A stretch of DNA of 46,311 nt. Source: Pseudomonadota bacterium. Its GTDB lineage: Bacteria; Myxococcota_A; Bradymonadia; UBA4248. A program made the translations under genes and the position numbers. Location: contig JAFOHE010000022.1 of NCBI GenBank assembly GCA_017421975.1, positions 1-46,311 of the forward strand. Direction: 5' to 3'. This document shows, piece after piece, positions 37,561 through 46,311 of the stretch (position 1 is the first letter of the stretch; each line of letters starts with the position of its first letter). The notes under the pieces are model-generated. The model saw nothing but the letters and a program-made list of their open reading frames with translations, did no database searches and had not been told where the DNA came from.

Positions 37561-37598
37561 AGAGCCAGAGTTCCCGTAACGGGCTCTGGCTTTTTTTT
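37561..37598 (+). terminator. Intrinsic terminator between gap and pgk
   Basis: AGCCAGAG(tt)CCCG-taa-CGGGCTCTGGCT followed by a long T run. Confidence 0.85.
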
Positions 37599-37717
37599 CG
37601 CCCCCCATGGGGGTATGATGCTTTTGAGAGGGCAACATTGCCTTCAGTTAGGGAGCGTGTCCGAGCGTAGGATGCGTGCCCATTTCTCATCTTTCTTCCT
37701 AAGGAGAAACTCGTCAC

Positions 37718-38980
37718 ATGGCTTATCTCGATCATATTAAATCCGTTGAAGATCTCGACCTCAAAGGTAAACGCGTTTTTATCCGTGTCGATTTTAACGT
37801 TCCCCTCGACAAAGGTGTGATCACAGATGATTATCGCATCCGTCAGGCACTTCCGACGATCCAGTACGTCATTCGCAACGGTGGTCTTCCGATCGTCGCT
37901 TCACACCTTGGCCGTCCGAAGGCAAATCCCAGCCCCGATTGTTCGCTTGCACCCGTTGCTGAACGTCTCCGTGAACTTTTGCCGGAACGTGAGATTATTT
38001 TCGCAGACGACTGCATCGGTGATGGCGTTGTCGAAATGTCGAAAAAACTTCAGCCGGGCCAGATTCTCCTCCTCGAAAACCTTCGTTTCTATGAGGAAGA
38101 AGAAGGCAAACCCCGTGGCAAATTTGCAACGGAGGAAGAAAAAGCCGCTGCCAAGGACGCTGTAAAAGCAAGCCAGAAAAAGTTTGCCGCTGCGCTCGCA
38201 TCCCTGGCGGACGTCTATGTCAACGATGCTTTCGGTACCTGCCATCGTGCCCATGCATCCATGGCAAAAATGGTTCCTGCCTTTGGCAACAACAAGGCCT
38301 GCGGTTTCTTGCTTCAGAAAGAAATCAAATTCCTCGGTAACATCGTTTATGATCCCGAGCATCCTTATGTCGCCATCCTCGGCGGCGCCAAGGTCTCCGA
38401 TAAGATTGGCGTGATTGAAAGCCTGATCGAAAAATGTGACCAGATCTGCATTGGCGGTGCCATGGCCTACACGCTTCTCGCAGCCAAGGGCGTCGATGTG
38501 GCTTCGAGCCGCGTTGAAGCGGATGCGATGGACGTTGCCAAAGCGATTCTCGAAAAAGCTGCCAATTCTAAATGCGAGCTTCTTCTGCCCGTTGATCACG
38601 TCGTTTCGACGGCGCTTGATGATACGACGCCTTGCGAAATCGTCGAGAGCTTTAGTGCCGGTCAGATGGGCCTCGATATCGGTCCCAAGACGCGCGAACT
38701 CTACGCCAATGTTATCAAAAAAGCGAAATCCGTCTTTTGGAATGGCCCCATGGGTGTTTTCGAAAATGCCCGCTATGCAGCCGGTACCATCGCTGTTGCT
38801 ACGGCTCTGACCGAATGTGACGGTTGCACGGTCGTCGGTGGTGGTGATTCTGCTGCCGCAATTCGTCAGTTCGGCCTCGACAGCAAAGTTACCCACGTCT
38901 CTACGGGTGGCGGTGCTTCCCTCGAACTCGTCGAAGGCAAGGAACTTCCTGGTGTCGAAGCACTCCGTATCGCTGAATAA
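37718..38980 (+). CDS. pgk: Phosphoglycerate kinase
   Basis: RVDFNVP; SHLGRP; LLENLRF; VNDAFGTCHRAHAS; WNGPMGVFE; STGGGASLE. Confidence 0.98.
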   Translation: MAYLDHIKSVEDLDLKGKRVFIRVDFNVPLDKGVITDDYRIRQALPTIQYVIRNGGLPIVASHLGRPKANPSPDCSLAPVAERLRELLPEREIIFADDCIGDGVVEMSKKLQPGQILLLENLRFYEEEEGKPRGKFATEEEKAAAKDAVKASQKKFAAALASLADVYVNDAFGTCHRAHASMAKMVPAFGNNKACGFLLQKEIKFLGNIVYDPEHPYVAILGGAKVSDKIGVIESLIEKCDQICIGGAMAYTLLAAKGVDVASSRVEADAMDVAKAILEKAANSKCELLLPVDHVVSTALDDTTPCEIVESFSAGQMGLDIGPKTRELYANVIKKAKSVFWNGPMGVFENARYAAGTIAVATALTECDGCTVVGGGDSAAAIRQFGLDSKVTHVSTGGGASLELVEGKELPGVEALRIAE

Positions 38981-39111
38981 CCAATGTCTTGTGGGGCGCG
39001 TCGAATGTGATGCGCCTCATATTGCAAGGTGCTCAAGACGATTTATTATCCCATCTTTGCGACCAAGCCGTAGCCCATGGCAAAATCGTGCATTAAAGGA
39101 GAATTATAAGG

Positions 39112-39867
39112 ATGCGTAAACCTTTTATCGCTGGTAACTGGAAAATGAACAACACGCGCGCGGCAGCCAAAGAGCTCGTCAATGCGCTCAAACCCCTCGT
39201 CGCCGACGTTAAAAACGTCGAAATCGCCGTTGCCCCCACTTACACATGCCTCGCCGACGTCGTGGATCTCCTCAAGGGCTCCAATATCGAAGTCAGTGCT
39301 CAAAACATTTCTTATGCCAAATCGGGTGCCTATACGGGCGAAATCAGCGCCGATATGCTTAAGGATGTCGGTGTGACACACACGATTATCGGCCACAGCG
39401 AACGTCGCCAGTATTTCGGTGAGACGGATGAAAGCGTTGCGAAACGCGTTCGTGCTGCCCTCGACAACGATATCACACCAATCGTTTGCGTTGGTGAATC
39501 GCTCGCGGAACGTGAAGCCGGAAAAACGCTCGACGTTGTCTTAGGACAAATCATCAACGGACTTTCAAGCGTCAAAAATGAAGAAGCTGCTCGCGTTGTC
39601 GTCGCTTACGAACCCGTCTGGGCTATCGGAACCGGCAAAACGGCGACACCTGAACAGGCTCAGGAAGTCCATGCCGCGATTCGCGCCAAACTCGCTGATA
39701 TCTTTGGCGCTGATAATGCCGAAGCCATGCGTATTCAGTATGGCGGCAGCGTTAAGGCTTCCAATGCCAAAGAAATCCTCGGCCAAAAAGATATCGATGG
39801 TGCACTCGTCGGTGGTGCGTCGCTTAAAGCGGCTGATTTTGCTGCCATTATTAAAGCTGCAGAATAA
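39112..39867 (+). CDS. tpiA: Triosephosphate isomerase
   Basis: AGNWKMN; GHSERR; AYEPVWAIGTG; YGGSV; LVGGASL. Confidence 0.98.
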   Translation: MRKPFIAGNWKMNNTRAAAKELVNALKPLVADVKNVEIAVAPTYTCLADVVDLLKGSNIEVSAQNISYAKSGAYTGEISADMLKDVGVTHTIIGHSERRQYFGETDESVAKRVRAALDNDITPIVCVGESLAEREAGKTLDVVLGQIINGLSSVKNEEAARVVVAYEPVWAIGTGKTATPEQAQEVHAAIRAKLADIFGADNAEAMRIQYGGSVKASNAKEILGQKDIDGALVGGASLKAADFAAIIKAAE

Positions 39868-39889
39868 AGATCGTTTTGGGTTTTCTCAT

Positions 39890-40011
39890 GTAGGGGGCTT
39901 TGCCCCCTTACGCAGCTATTGGAACGCCGTAGTGACATGAAGTGACATGTCTCTACGGCGTTCCAATACGCCGCTATCCCCCCTTGCGGGGGATACCCCC
40001 GCAACGCCCCC
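39890..40011 (+). repeat. Dispersed palindromic element, copy 5, short form with a third type of central hairpin
   Basis: Shared ends. Centre (39917-39968) is TATTGGAACGCCGTAG-t-GACATG-aagtga-CATGTC-t-CTACGGCGTTCCAATA. Confidence 0.9.
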
Positions 40012-40178
40012 TCACGTTTGTTTCTACTAGGCAGGGGATAAGCTATGCATTTGAAATATGCCATAATAGTTACTTAGAAACGTGTATTTCAAATCATCGC
40101 ATGTTCTGATGATAAATAGGGACTATTGATTACGGTGAACCACTGACCGTTATCTATCTGATTCAGTGTGATTATTTT

Positions 40179-41138
40179 ATGTCCGCAACTGCACACGCTA
40201 AATTTATTATTTGTGGTGAGCATTTTGTCATGTATCGCGCAAAGTGTATTGTCGTTCCCACAGAGTGTTTTTCGACACGCGTGACTTTGCGGAATACGTC
40301 GAACAAATCCACTTTTCCTCAGGCAATATGCCGGTTCGATGAAAATATTGATATAACAACCGCAGAAATTGAGATTTATCAAAATCATATTTCAAAACTG
40401 TTGGAGCGGTTATGTAAAATCGCCTGTGTACCAATGTCTGTGCTTTCTGGACTTGAGTGTCATGTTCAGAGTAGTATTCCGCCCGGACAGGGAGCAGGTT
40501 CTTCTTCGGCATTGTCCTGTGCGCTTGTGCAGGCGTTTCTTGAATTTATACATAGACATGATATCGGCAGACAGTATATTGATTTTTATAGCCGTCAGCT
40601 TGAGAATACCTGGCATGGCCCCGTTTCCGGCGTCGATAATATTGCTGTGACTCGCACGTGTCCCGTCATGTTTCAGATTGGTGAAGAGCCGCTTCAATTT
40701 TTGCCGGATCCAGAATTACCACCGCTCTATTTTGTCGTAGGTTCAACGGGGCCTCGTGTCAATCCAGAAGCTGGATTTGTCAGTCTTAAAACGCTGAAAA
40801 AAACGGAACCTGTGTGGTTTGATCGCGTCATTGCCGAATCCAATGCGATTTGTGAAACAGTCATGAAGGCCATGGCACAAAGTGATGCCAGAACCATTGG
40901 TGAGTGCATGGCGTCTTCTCAAGCATTGCTCGAACAAATCGGCGTTTCTACCCCGAAGATTGTCGAAGCCATTCGTGCAGCAAAACAGGCAGGGGCTTAT
41001 GGCGCAAAATTGACAGGTGCAGGATGTGGCGGTTTTGTCGTCGCGATTACGCCCGAAAACCGCATTTCACGAATACAGACGGCTTGGCATAAGTGTGGCT
41101 TATCCTCTGTGAAAAGTTTTGTTTGCGCTTCAAGGTAA
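40179..41138 (+). CDS. mvk: Mevalonate kinase (GHMP family)
   Basis: AKFIICGEHFVMY; SIPPGQGAGSSSA; HGPVSGVD; GAKLTGAGCGG. Confidence 0.85.
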   Translation: MSATAHAKFIICGEHFVMYRAKCIVVPTECFSTRVTLRNTSNKSTFPQAICRFDENIDITTAEIEIYQNHISKLLERLCKIACVPMSVLSGLECHVQSSIPPGQGAGSSSALSCALVQAFLEFIHRHDIGRQYIDFYSRQLENTWHGPVSGVDNIAVTRTCPVMFQIGEEPLQFLPDPELPPLYFVVGSTGPRVNPEAGFVSLKTLKKTEPVWFDRVIAESNAICETVMKAMAQSDARTIGECMASSQALLEQIGVSTPKIVEAIRAAKQAGAYGAKLTGAGCGGFVVAITPENRISRIQTAWHKCGLSSVKSFVCASR

Positions 41139-41213
41139 TATATTCTATCTCCTTCTTAGTGTGATCAGACGCAGCCCGTCGGCGACGTTGTGATCCAAAA
41201 TGACGGAGTGAAT

Positions 41214-43103
41214 ATGAAGACGAAAGCCCTGATGGTGTGTTGTGGTTTGATTTCTTTGGGACTGATCGCCTGCGCAGAGGATCGTTTTGTGGCCTCCATT
41301 CCGTCCCACAATGACGAACGGCCACCTGAAAGTAATTCCGGTGATGCGGACGACGGCGGCAACGCCGATTCCGGTGATGCGGACGACGGCGGTAACGCCG
41401 ATTCCGGTGATGCGGACGACGGCGGCAACGCCGATTCCGGTGATGCGAATGACGGCGGCAACGCCGATTCCGGTAATGCGGATGATCCCGTGCCTGACGA
41501 TGGCAACCAAAAAGTATGCGATGTGGGACAAAAAATATGCTTTGATGATTATATGCATATCTGTGAAGACAATGTGTGGAAAGATACAGTTTCTTGCGCC
41601 GGCATGGGATGCCTTAATGATGATGCTTGTCGTGTGTGCGTAGATGGTAGTCAAAAGTGTGAAGATCATACGGCATCTGTTTGTATAGAGGGACAATGGC
41701 AAACGTCAGACTGTCCTAATGGGTGTTGGGAGGATCGTTGTGAAACGATCAATCAGGATCAGCCAACGCGGTATATTACGGATGCCACGCAGATGTTTTC
41801 TCCATTGACGCCACGTATGGTTCGGCGATGGCGCGAAATCGCTTCAAAAAATACTTCCGCATCTCAAAATGTTTTTATGAAAGTTGGGGACTCGCATTAC
41901 GCCAAGGCTTTTGATGGTCGCTTTATGCTCTGTTTTTCAAATCAGAATTCAAATACCGTGGCACTCAACGGACACACTGAACTTCAAAAGACTATAGATT
42001 ATTTTCAGTCTGGAAATGTGGATTCTTTCAACAGAGATTCTCTGGCTGCTGTCGGTGGCACATCCACGAATTATTTGTTTTTATCTTCAAAATCTTATCC
42101 ATTAAAAAGTGAAATTTCTGCCATACAACCGCGTTTTGCTTTCTTTGATCATGGTACAAATGATATGGGTAATGGGAGTTATACCCATCAGCCTGTTACA
42201 TACACATATAATGGGAATACTACGACAGCCCAAGGCTATAGCTGGTCAATTCAGGATTATTACCGTCAATTGACCAAAGCCATGGATATGATGGAAGAGG
42301 CTGGTATTGTGCCGATTATAACCTCCATTGTGCCACGCCACGATACACCAACGAACATCAACTATATCGGTGGCCCGGCATTGGCATCGACGTCGGATTA
42401 TCCGACACACATGGTGACGGCTTTTAATGCCGTCGTTAAAGGAAATGCTGAAGCCAGGGAATTGCCTTTCTTTGATGCGTGGGCAATTTTTAAGACACTC
42501 CCAAATGAAGGGATTTCATCCGATAAAGTCCATGCCAGTCACAACGGGTCACCATGTCATTTTACTGAGGATGGCTTAAAATACGGCGTTAATATGCGCA
42601 ACTATGGAAGCTTAACTTTGCTCACACGCGTATGGCGTGCGCTCTATCATGAGGAAGGGGGAACGGATCGCGTCGTGATACCTTTTGAAGGAACTGGGTC
42701 TCAGGCGGATCCATTTGTTATTGATAGTTTGCCTTATAGCCATGTTGCGGATACATCTAAGAGTGAACATCGACAAATTGATGTCTATAACGGCTGTGCA
42801 ACGACAAACGAGAAAGGGGCTGAGTATTATTATAAATTGGTCCTCAAAGAGACAAAACGTCTTAGAATGTTTGCCTTGAGTTCGACATCATCCGTGGATG
42901 TTGATATACACTTACTCAAAGACACGATCAATGGTGATGCCTGTATTAAAAGAAGCGATATTATGATTCAAGGCAAATTATCCGCCGGCACTTATTATAT
43001 TTCCGTGGATACCTACGGCTCCGGCACGGAAAATGCTGGAAAATATCTTTTGGGAATCGTAGCATGTGATGAGGATGATGCTTATTGTGATTCGGTCTTG
43101 TGA
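41214..43103 (+). CDS. SGNH/GDSL hydrolase lipoprotein with acidic repeats, a Cys-rich region and a C-terminal PPC-like domain (track start 41190)
   Basis: Lipobox LIAC; KVGDS; HGTND; DKVH; AGTYYISVD. Confidence 0.82.
   Translation: MKTKALMVCCGLISLGLIACAEDRFVASIPSHNDERPPESNSGDADDGGNADSGDADDGGNADSGDADDGGNADSGDANDGGNADSGNADDPVPDDGNQKVCDVGQKICFDDYMHICEDNVWKDTVSCAGMGCLNDDACRVCVDGSQKCEDHTASVCIEGQWQTSDCPNGCWEDRCETINQDQPTRYITDATQMFSPLTPRMVRRWREIASKNTSASQNVFMKVGDSHYAKAFDGRFMLCFSNQNSNTVALNGHTELQKTIDYFQSGNVDSFNRDSLAAVGGTSTNYLFLSSKSYPLKSEISAIQPRFAFFDHGTNDMGNGSYTHQPVTYTYNGNTTTAQGYSWSIQDYYRQLTKAMDMMEEAGIVPIITSIVPRHDTPTNINYIGGPALASTSDYPTHMVTAFNAVVKGNAEARELPFFDAWAIFKTLPNEGISSDKVHASHNGSPCHFTEDGLKYGVNMRNYGSLTLLTRVWRALYHEEGGTDRVVIPFEGTGSQADPFVIDSLPYSHVADTSKSEHRQIDVYNGCATTNEKGAEYYYKLVLKETKRLRMFALSSTSSVDVDIHLLKDTINGDACIKRSDIMIQGKLSAGTYYISVDTYGSGTENAGKYLLGIVACDEDDAYCDSVL
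41335..41485 (+). repeat. In-frame 33-bp tandem repeat (SGDADDGGNAD), about 4.6 copies
   Basis: ATTCCGGT recurs at 41335, 41368, 41401, 41434 and 41467. Confidence 0.95.
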
Positions 43104-43255
43104 TCCTAGGATAGCATGAATAGTGACGACAGATAAAACGTAGCGCTTAAAAAGCCCATTAAGGGTGAAATGAGATAAGCGACTGGGATAAGTTGTGGCA
43201 AGGGGGGGAGTTATGATGGGGCGGTTCAGGCACAAGAACTAGCCCCAGCAATGGA

Positions 43256-43546
43256 TTATGCATTGGAATGTGGCGTGTTGAGAAGCGTATGCAGCTTTCG
43301 GCTAGATCGGAAACAAATGCTTCGCCGGTCGCCGATAACGATGGATTTGCCTGTGCGGGGATTGCGACTTACGCGGGATTTGGTTGTCTTCGTAGTGAAT
43401 ATGCCGAATTCACGTATTTCTACTCTGTCGCCTGCCAGAAGATTGCGGATCATGATTTCGAAAAGCGTTTCCACAATGTGCGTGGCGTCGTGCTGAGATA
43501 GTTCAAATCTGTTCGACAACTTGTTAATGAGTTCTGATTTTTTCAT
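43256..43546 (-). CDS. HU/IHF family DNA-binding protein
   Basis: MKKSELI; VEIREFGIF; RNPRTG. Confidence 0.92.
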   Translation of the reverse strand: MKKSELINKLSNRFELSQHDATHIVETLFEIMIRNLLAGDRVEIREFGIFTTKTTKSRVSRNPRTGKSIVIGDRRSICFRSSRKLHTLLNTPHSNA

Positions 43547-43891
43547 GACGTTACTCGTTTGAAGTGGGAAATAATAGGTTGCGAAGTGTACCGATGGTGT
43601 GAATATATGAACAATAGGGATAGATGTGAGATAAATCTCTGCACATCACATTTAGTTTGGAGCAATAAGCTGTTGTGTAAGTAGTTGTCGATATTAGTTT
43701 GTCTGCTATCCAATTTAATCCATTGTAAAAGAAACTGATTAAATCGTAAAACGAACATCAATCTTGGCAATAGACGAGTTGACGGTGAGATGACAAGTAA
43801 AAAAAAATGGCGTATTGAGATTTTGCCGTGCTCTATGGAGAATTTTGCTATGCCAAGATGATGGATGAAAAAAGGTATGCTGTTGAAATGT

Positions 43892-45145
43892 TTATCTTTT
43901 TAACGCCACTCGGAGAAAATCTGAAAGTCGGTTTAAGCCAGCAGCAAAAAGCTCGGGAGCGACGATGAGGCTAAGGACGAGGGTAGGATGGGTGGGTCTG
44001 AATCCGAAAAAAGAGCCAGGAAAAACGCGAATGCCGAGGGTGGCGAGTTCGCAGGCATAGGCTTCGTCGTCTCCGGCCCAACCGGGCAGACGAATACAGG
44101 CACTCCAACCACCGCAGATATGAGTTACGGTCCATATCGTGTCTGGGCGCTTCGCAACGCTAGAAAGTGTTTCGAGGTTGATGCGTAAACGATCATTGCA
44201 TGGCGTGGAAAAATCATCGTGATGTGCCAATAAATAGGGCGTTATGCGTTGAATCCAACCAGAAACGCTGAGTGTTGAATCCGTGATGAAACTCAGGCGC
44301 TGCATAGCTTCTCGGACGATGTCAGGCGAACCACCAAAAACGCCCCAGCCAAGTTTGTGTTGTGGCAGACCGCAGACTTTTGAAAGTCCGCTCAGACTAA
44401 CGACGAGGCCGGATTTGGCATAAGACGCGGCGGGCTGTGTGACAAGTTCGGGATCGTTGTCGAGGCGATAACCCGCAAAAACTTCGTCGATGATGAGAAG
44501 GAGGCCGCGCCTGTCACAGAATGTAACGAGTTTGTCAAATTCAGTTTTTCGAATGCAGTGGCCAGTGGGATTGTTCGGACTGACAACGATGATAGCACGG
44601 GTTTTGGGGGATGACGTCTGCTCGAGTGCCCAAAAATCGATTGCCCATTCCCCAGCGCAGTCCTGAAGCGCGACTTCCCTAAGTTCAACCGATTCTAGCG
44701 AACAGAGACAGTCGAGAAGCGGATAAGTCGGATTGAAGGTGATGACTTCATCGCCAGGTTGGCAGACGAGTTTGATGAGGGCACCGATGGCCTCGCTCGT
44801 CGAGGCAAAAAGCTGGATGTCATCGGGGTTCGGCGTTGCGCCGAAAGGCGTGTAGTAGCGAGAAATGGCATCTCGCGTCTGATACAGCCCTTGGGGAGAG
44901 GCCTCGTAGGCAGAGATGACTGCTTCAATCATTCGATCCTTGTCCGGAAAAATGCCAGGCAGACCAACACGCGTTGCATTGCTAATGCTCAAATCAATGC
45001 CGTTATCACGGCCTGAATGTTGGCAATAATTTTCCCATGCTTCGTGACACGCGTTGGGTTCGAGATCACTCAGGGATGGGGTGCGGCTGTGTGCAAAGAA
45101 TGACAGAAACTCGGGAATCTTTGGCATTACGGGATTGTTGTACAT
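43892..45145 (-). CDS. PLP-dependent aminotransferase, class I/II
   Basis: PGDEV..PTYP; SPNNPTG; IIDEVF; SGLSKVCGLP (PLP-binding Lys). Confidence 0.92.
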   Translation of the reverse strand: MYNNPVMPKIPEFLSFFAHSRTPSLSDLEPNACHEAWENYCQHSGRDNGIDLSISNATRVGLPGIFPDKDRMIEAVISAYEASPQGLYQTRDAISRYYTPFGATPNPDDIQLFASTSEAIGALIKLVCQPGDEVITFNPTYPLLDCLCSLESVELREVALQDCAGEWAIDFWALEQTSSPKTRAIIVVSPNNPTGHCIRKTEFDKLVTFCDRRGLLLIIDEVFAGYRLDNDPELVTQPAASYAKSGLVVSLSGLSKVCGLPQHKLGWGVFGGSPDIVREAMQRLSFITDSTLSVSGWIQRITPYLLAHHDDFSTPCNDRLRINLETLSSVAKRPDTIWTVTHICGGWSACIRLPGWAGDDEAYACELATLGIRVFPGSFFGFRPTHPTLVLSLIVAPELFAAGLNRLSDFLRVALKR

Positions 45146-45435
45146 ACGTGTTTCGTGTGCCTATAACGAGTAACGAGGTTACGGGAACAGCCGCAGATAT
45201 TTTCTACGGCTTAGGGGACGAATGGGATGTATTTTATGCCTATTTTTTAGAAAGTGTTTGTTAAAATGATGTGAAATGATAAAACAGTGCGCTGGTCTGA
45301 TGCACAAACTTGCGTTTTTTGTCAGTTTTGCGTCAAAATGGTTCTCCCGAGACCGTGATTGGCTTCGTTAAGATTCGTAAAGGTGTTGTGATCCGTGTTT
45401 AAAACGCATCTTCGTCAATATCAGGATTTGCTCAG

Positions 45436-46311
45436 ATGGAACTAAGTCGGACGTTTCAAACACGAGCCCAGGCGCTCGAGGTATATCGTTCACAGCTTTG
45501 CAGACAGTTACTCTTTATTGAAGTCTTTGAGGCTGTGCGCCCGGATACACCGATCAAGTTGACGCTTCGTATCAGTGAAACAAATTCGGTCATCAAGCTT
45601 GCTGCAAAAGCCATCAAAATGATTCGAAAATCTGAAGCGATTGAGCTTGGCTATGGCACGCGTGCCGGTGTCATCCTGGATGTGCCCATCACGCCGGATA
45701 TTGTGGCACCGTTTCGTGCGTTTTTTCTATCGGATATGGGGGAAAACAGCCAGGCTTCACCGGCCGCGTCTGGCACCTCTTCGATACATCAGGTGTCGCA
45801 AAGTTCGCGTGTTAAAGTCTCTTATTCATCGGATGTATCGACGGCCTATTCACAGAATCCAAAGATTTCTTTCTCATCGTCTCAGGGCGGAAACAGCATT
45901 CAGAGTGCAAACTATGGAGCGTCTCAGTCTGGTACGCGCATGAATAACGGACATTCGCGTTTTGGAATTGTGTCTCCAGAGCTTTTGGCACAGTCCGCGC
46001 AACGCGCATCAAATCCCAATGTTGAACATACCTCATCGCAATATTCTCGTCTGAATGCTGTTCCGCGTGATGTTTCGTCTTCTTCAGAGGCTAAAGCCGT
46101 TGTGCGAGATTCCGCTTCATCGCAGTATTCTCGTTTGAATTCCGTTACGCGTGAATCGGACAATCCGTCTTATTCGTCTCAGCTTCAAGCTGTTCCACGC
46201 GAACCCGTTTCTTCACATTATTCGCGTTTGAACGCACCGCCGCGTGAACCGACGCCACCGTCCTATTCCTCGCAACTTCATGCTGTTCCGCGTGAACCTG
46301 TGGCCAAAAAA
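45436..46311 (+). CDS. Partial CDS running off the window end: about 100-aa globular N-terminal domain, then a Ser-rich repeat linker
   Basis: Not in the ORF track. Manual translation from ATG 45436 (MELSRTFQTRAQALEVY...) is open for 292 codons with no stop. Confidence 0.8.
   Translation, partial: MELSRTFQTRAQALEVYRSQLCRQLLFIEVFEAVRPDTPIKLTLRISETNSVIKLAAKAIKMIRKSEAIELGYGTRAGVILDVPITPDIVAPFRAFFLSDMGENSQASPAASGTSSIHQVSQSSRVKVSYSSDVSTAYSQNPKISFSSSQGGNSIQSANYGASQSGTRMNNGHSRFGIVSPELLAQSAQRASNPNVEHTSSQYSRLNAVPRDVSSSSEAKAVVRDSASSQYSRLNSVTRESDNPSYSSQLQAVPREPVSSHYSRLNAPPREPTPPSYSSQLHAVPREPVAKK

Noticed and set aside
41145-41702. Repetitive ORFs (VRITGIGVAA, PESALPPSSA, TPIPVMRTTA)
   Set aside because: They are other frames of the 33-bp VNTR inside the SGNH lipoprotein gene.
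43543-43770. 75-aa ORF upstream of the HU/IHF gene
   Set aside because: It is AT-rich with a non-ATG start, no clear RBS and no motif, so it is more likely promoter DNA.

Overview
This is a gene-dense 46.3-kb bacterial chromosomal segment with about 38 CDS. I see no rRNA, tRNA, CRISPR array, transposase or phage gene. The content suggests a diderm of the Myxococcota/Bradymonadia type (inference only): FHA-domain signalling proteins, a sigma54 activator, Cys-rich lipoproteins, a MYXO-CTERM-like matrixin and mevalonate kinase. Housekeeping genes are asnS, aqpZ, rpiB, pepF, ampG, dksA, uvrC, gap-pgk-tpiA, mvk and an HU/IHF gene. At least eight lipoproteins and three small outer-membrane beta-barrels are interspersed among them. 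The most unusual signal is non-coding. Five 121-154 bp GC-rich palindromic elements share their ends but carry three unrelated central hairpin cassettes, and all five face the same way relative to a flanking gene. One asymmetric helix, GC[G]TAT...ATAGC with a single extrahelical base, recurs in these elements, nested inside them, and in two free-standing hairpins beside a sigma54 promoter. Other notable points are an A9-tract frameshift in the edge methyltransferase, a metallothionein-like tail on AqpZ, normally cytoplasmic enzymes carrying lipoprotein signals with a similar Cys-Pro tether, an FCP1/NIF-like phosphatase near the FHA cluster, and a PGK insert resembling Bacteroidales PGKs.
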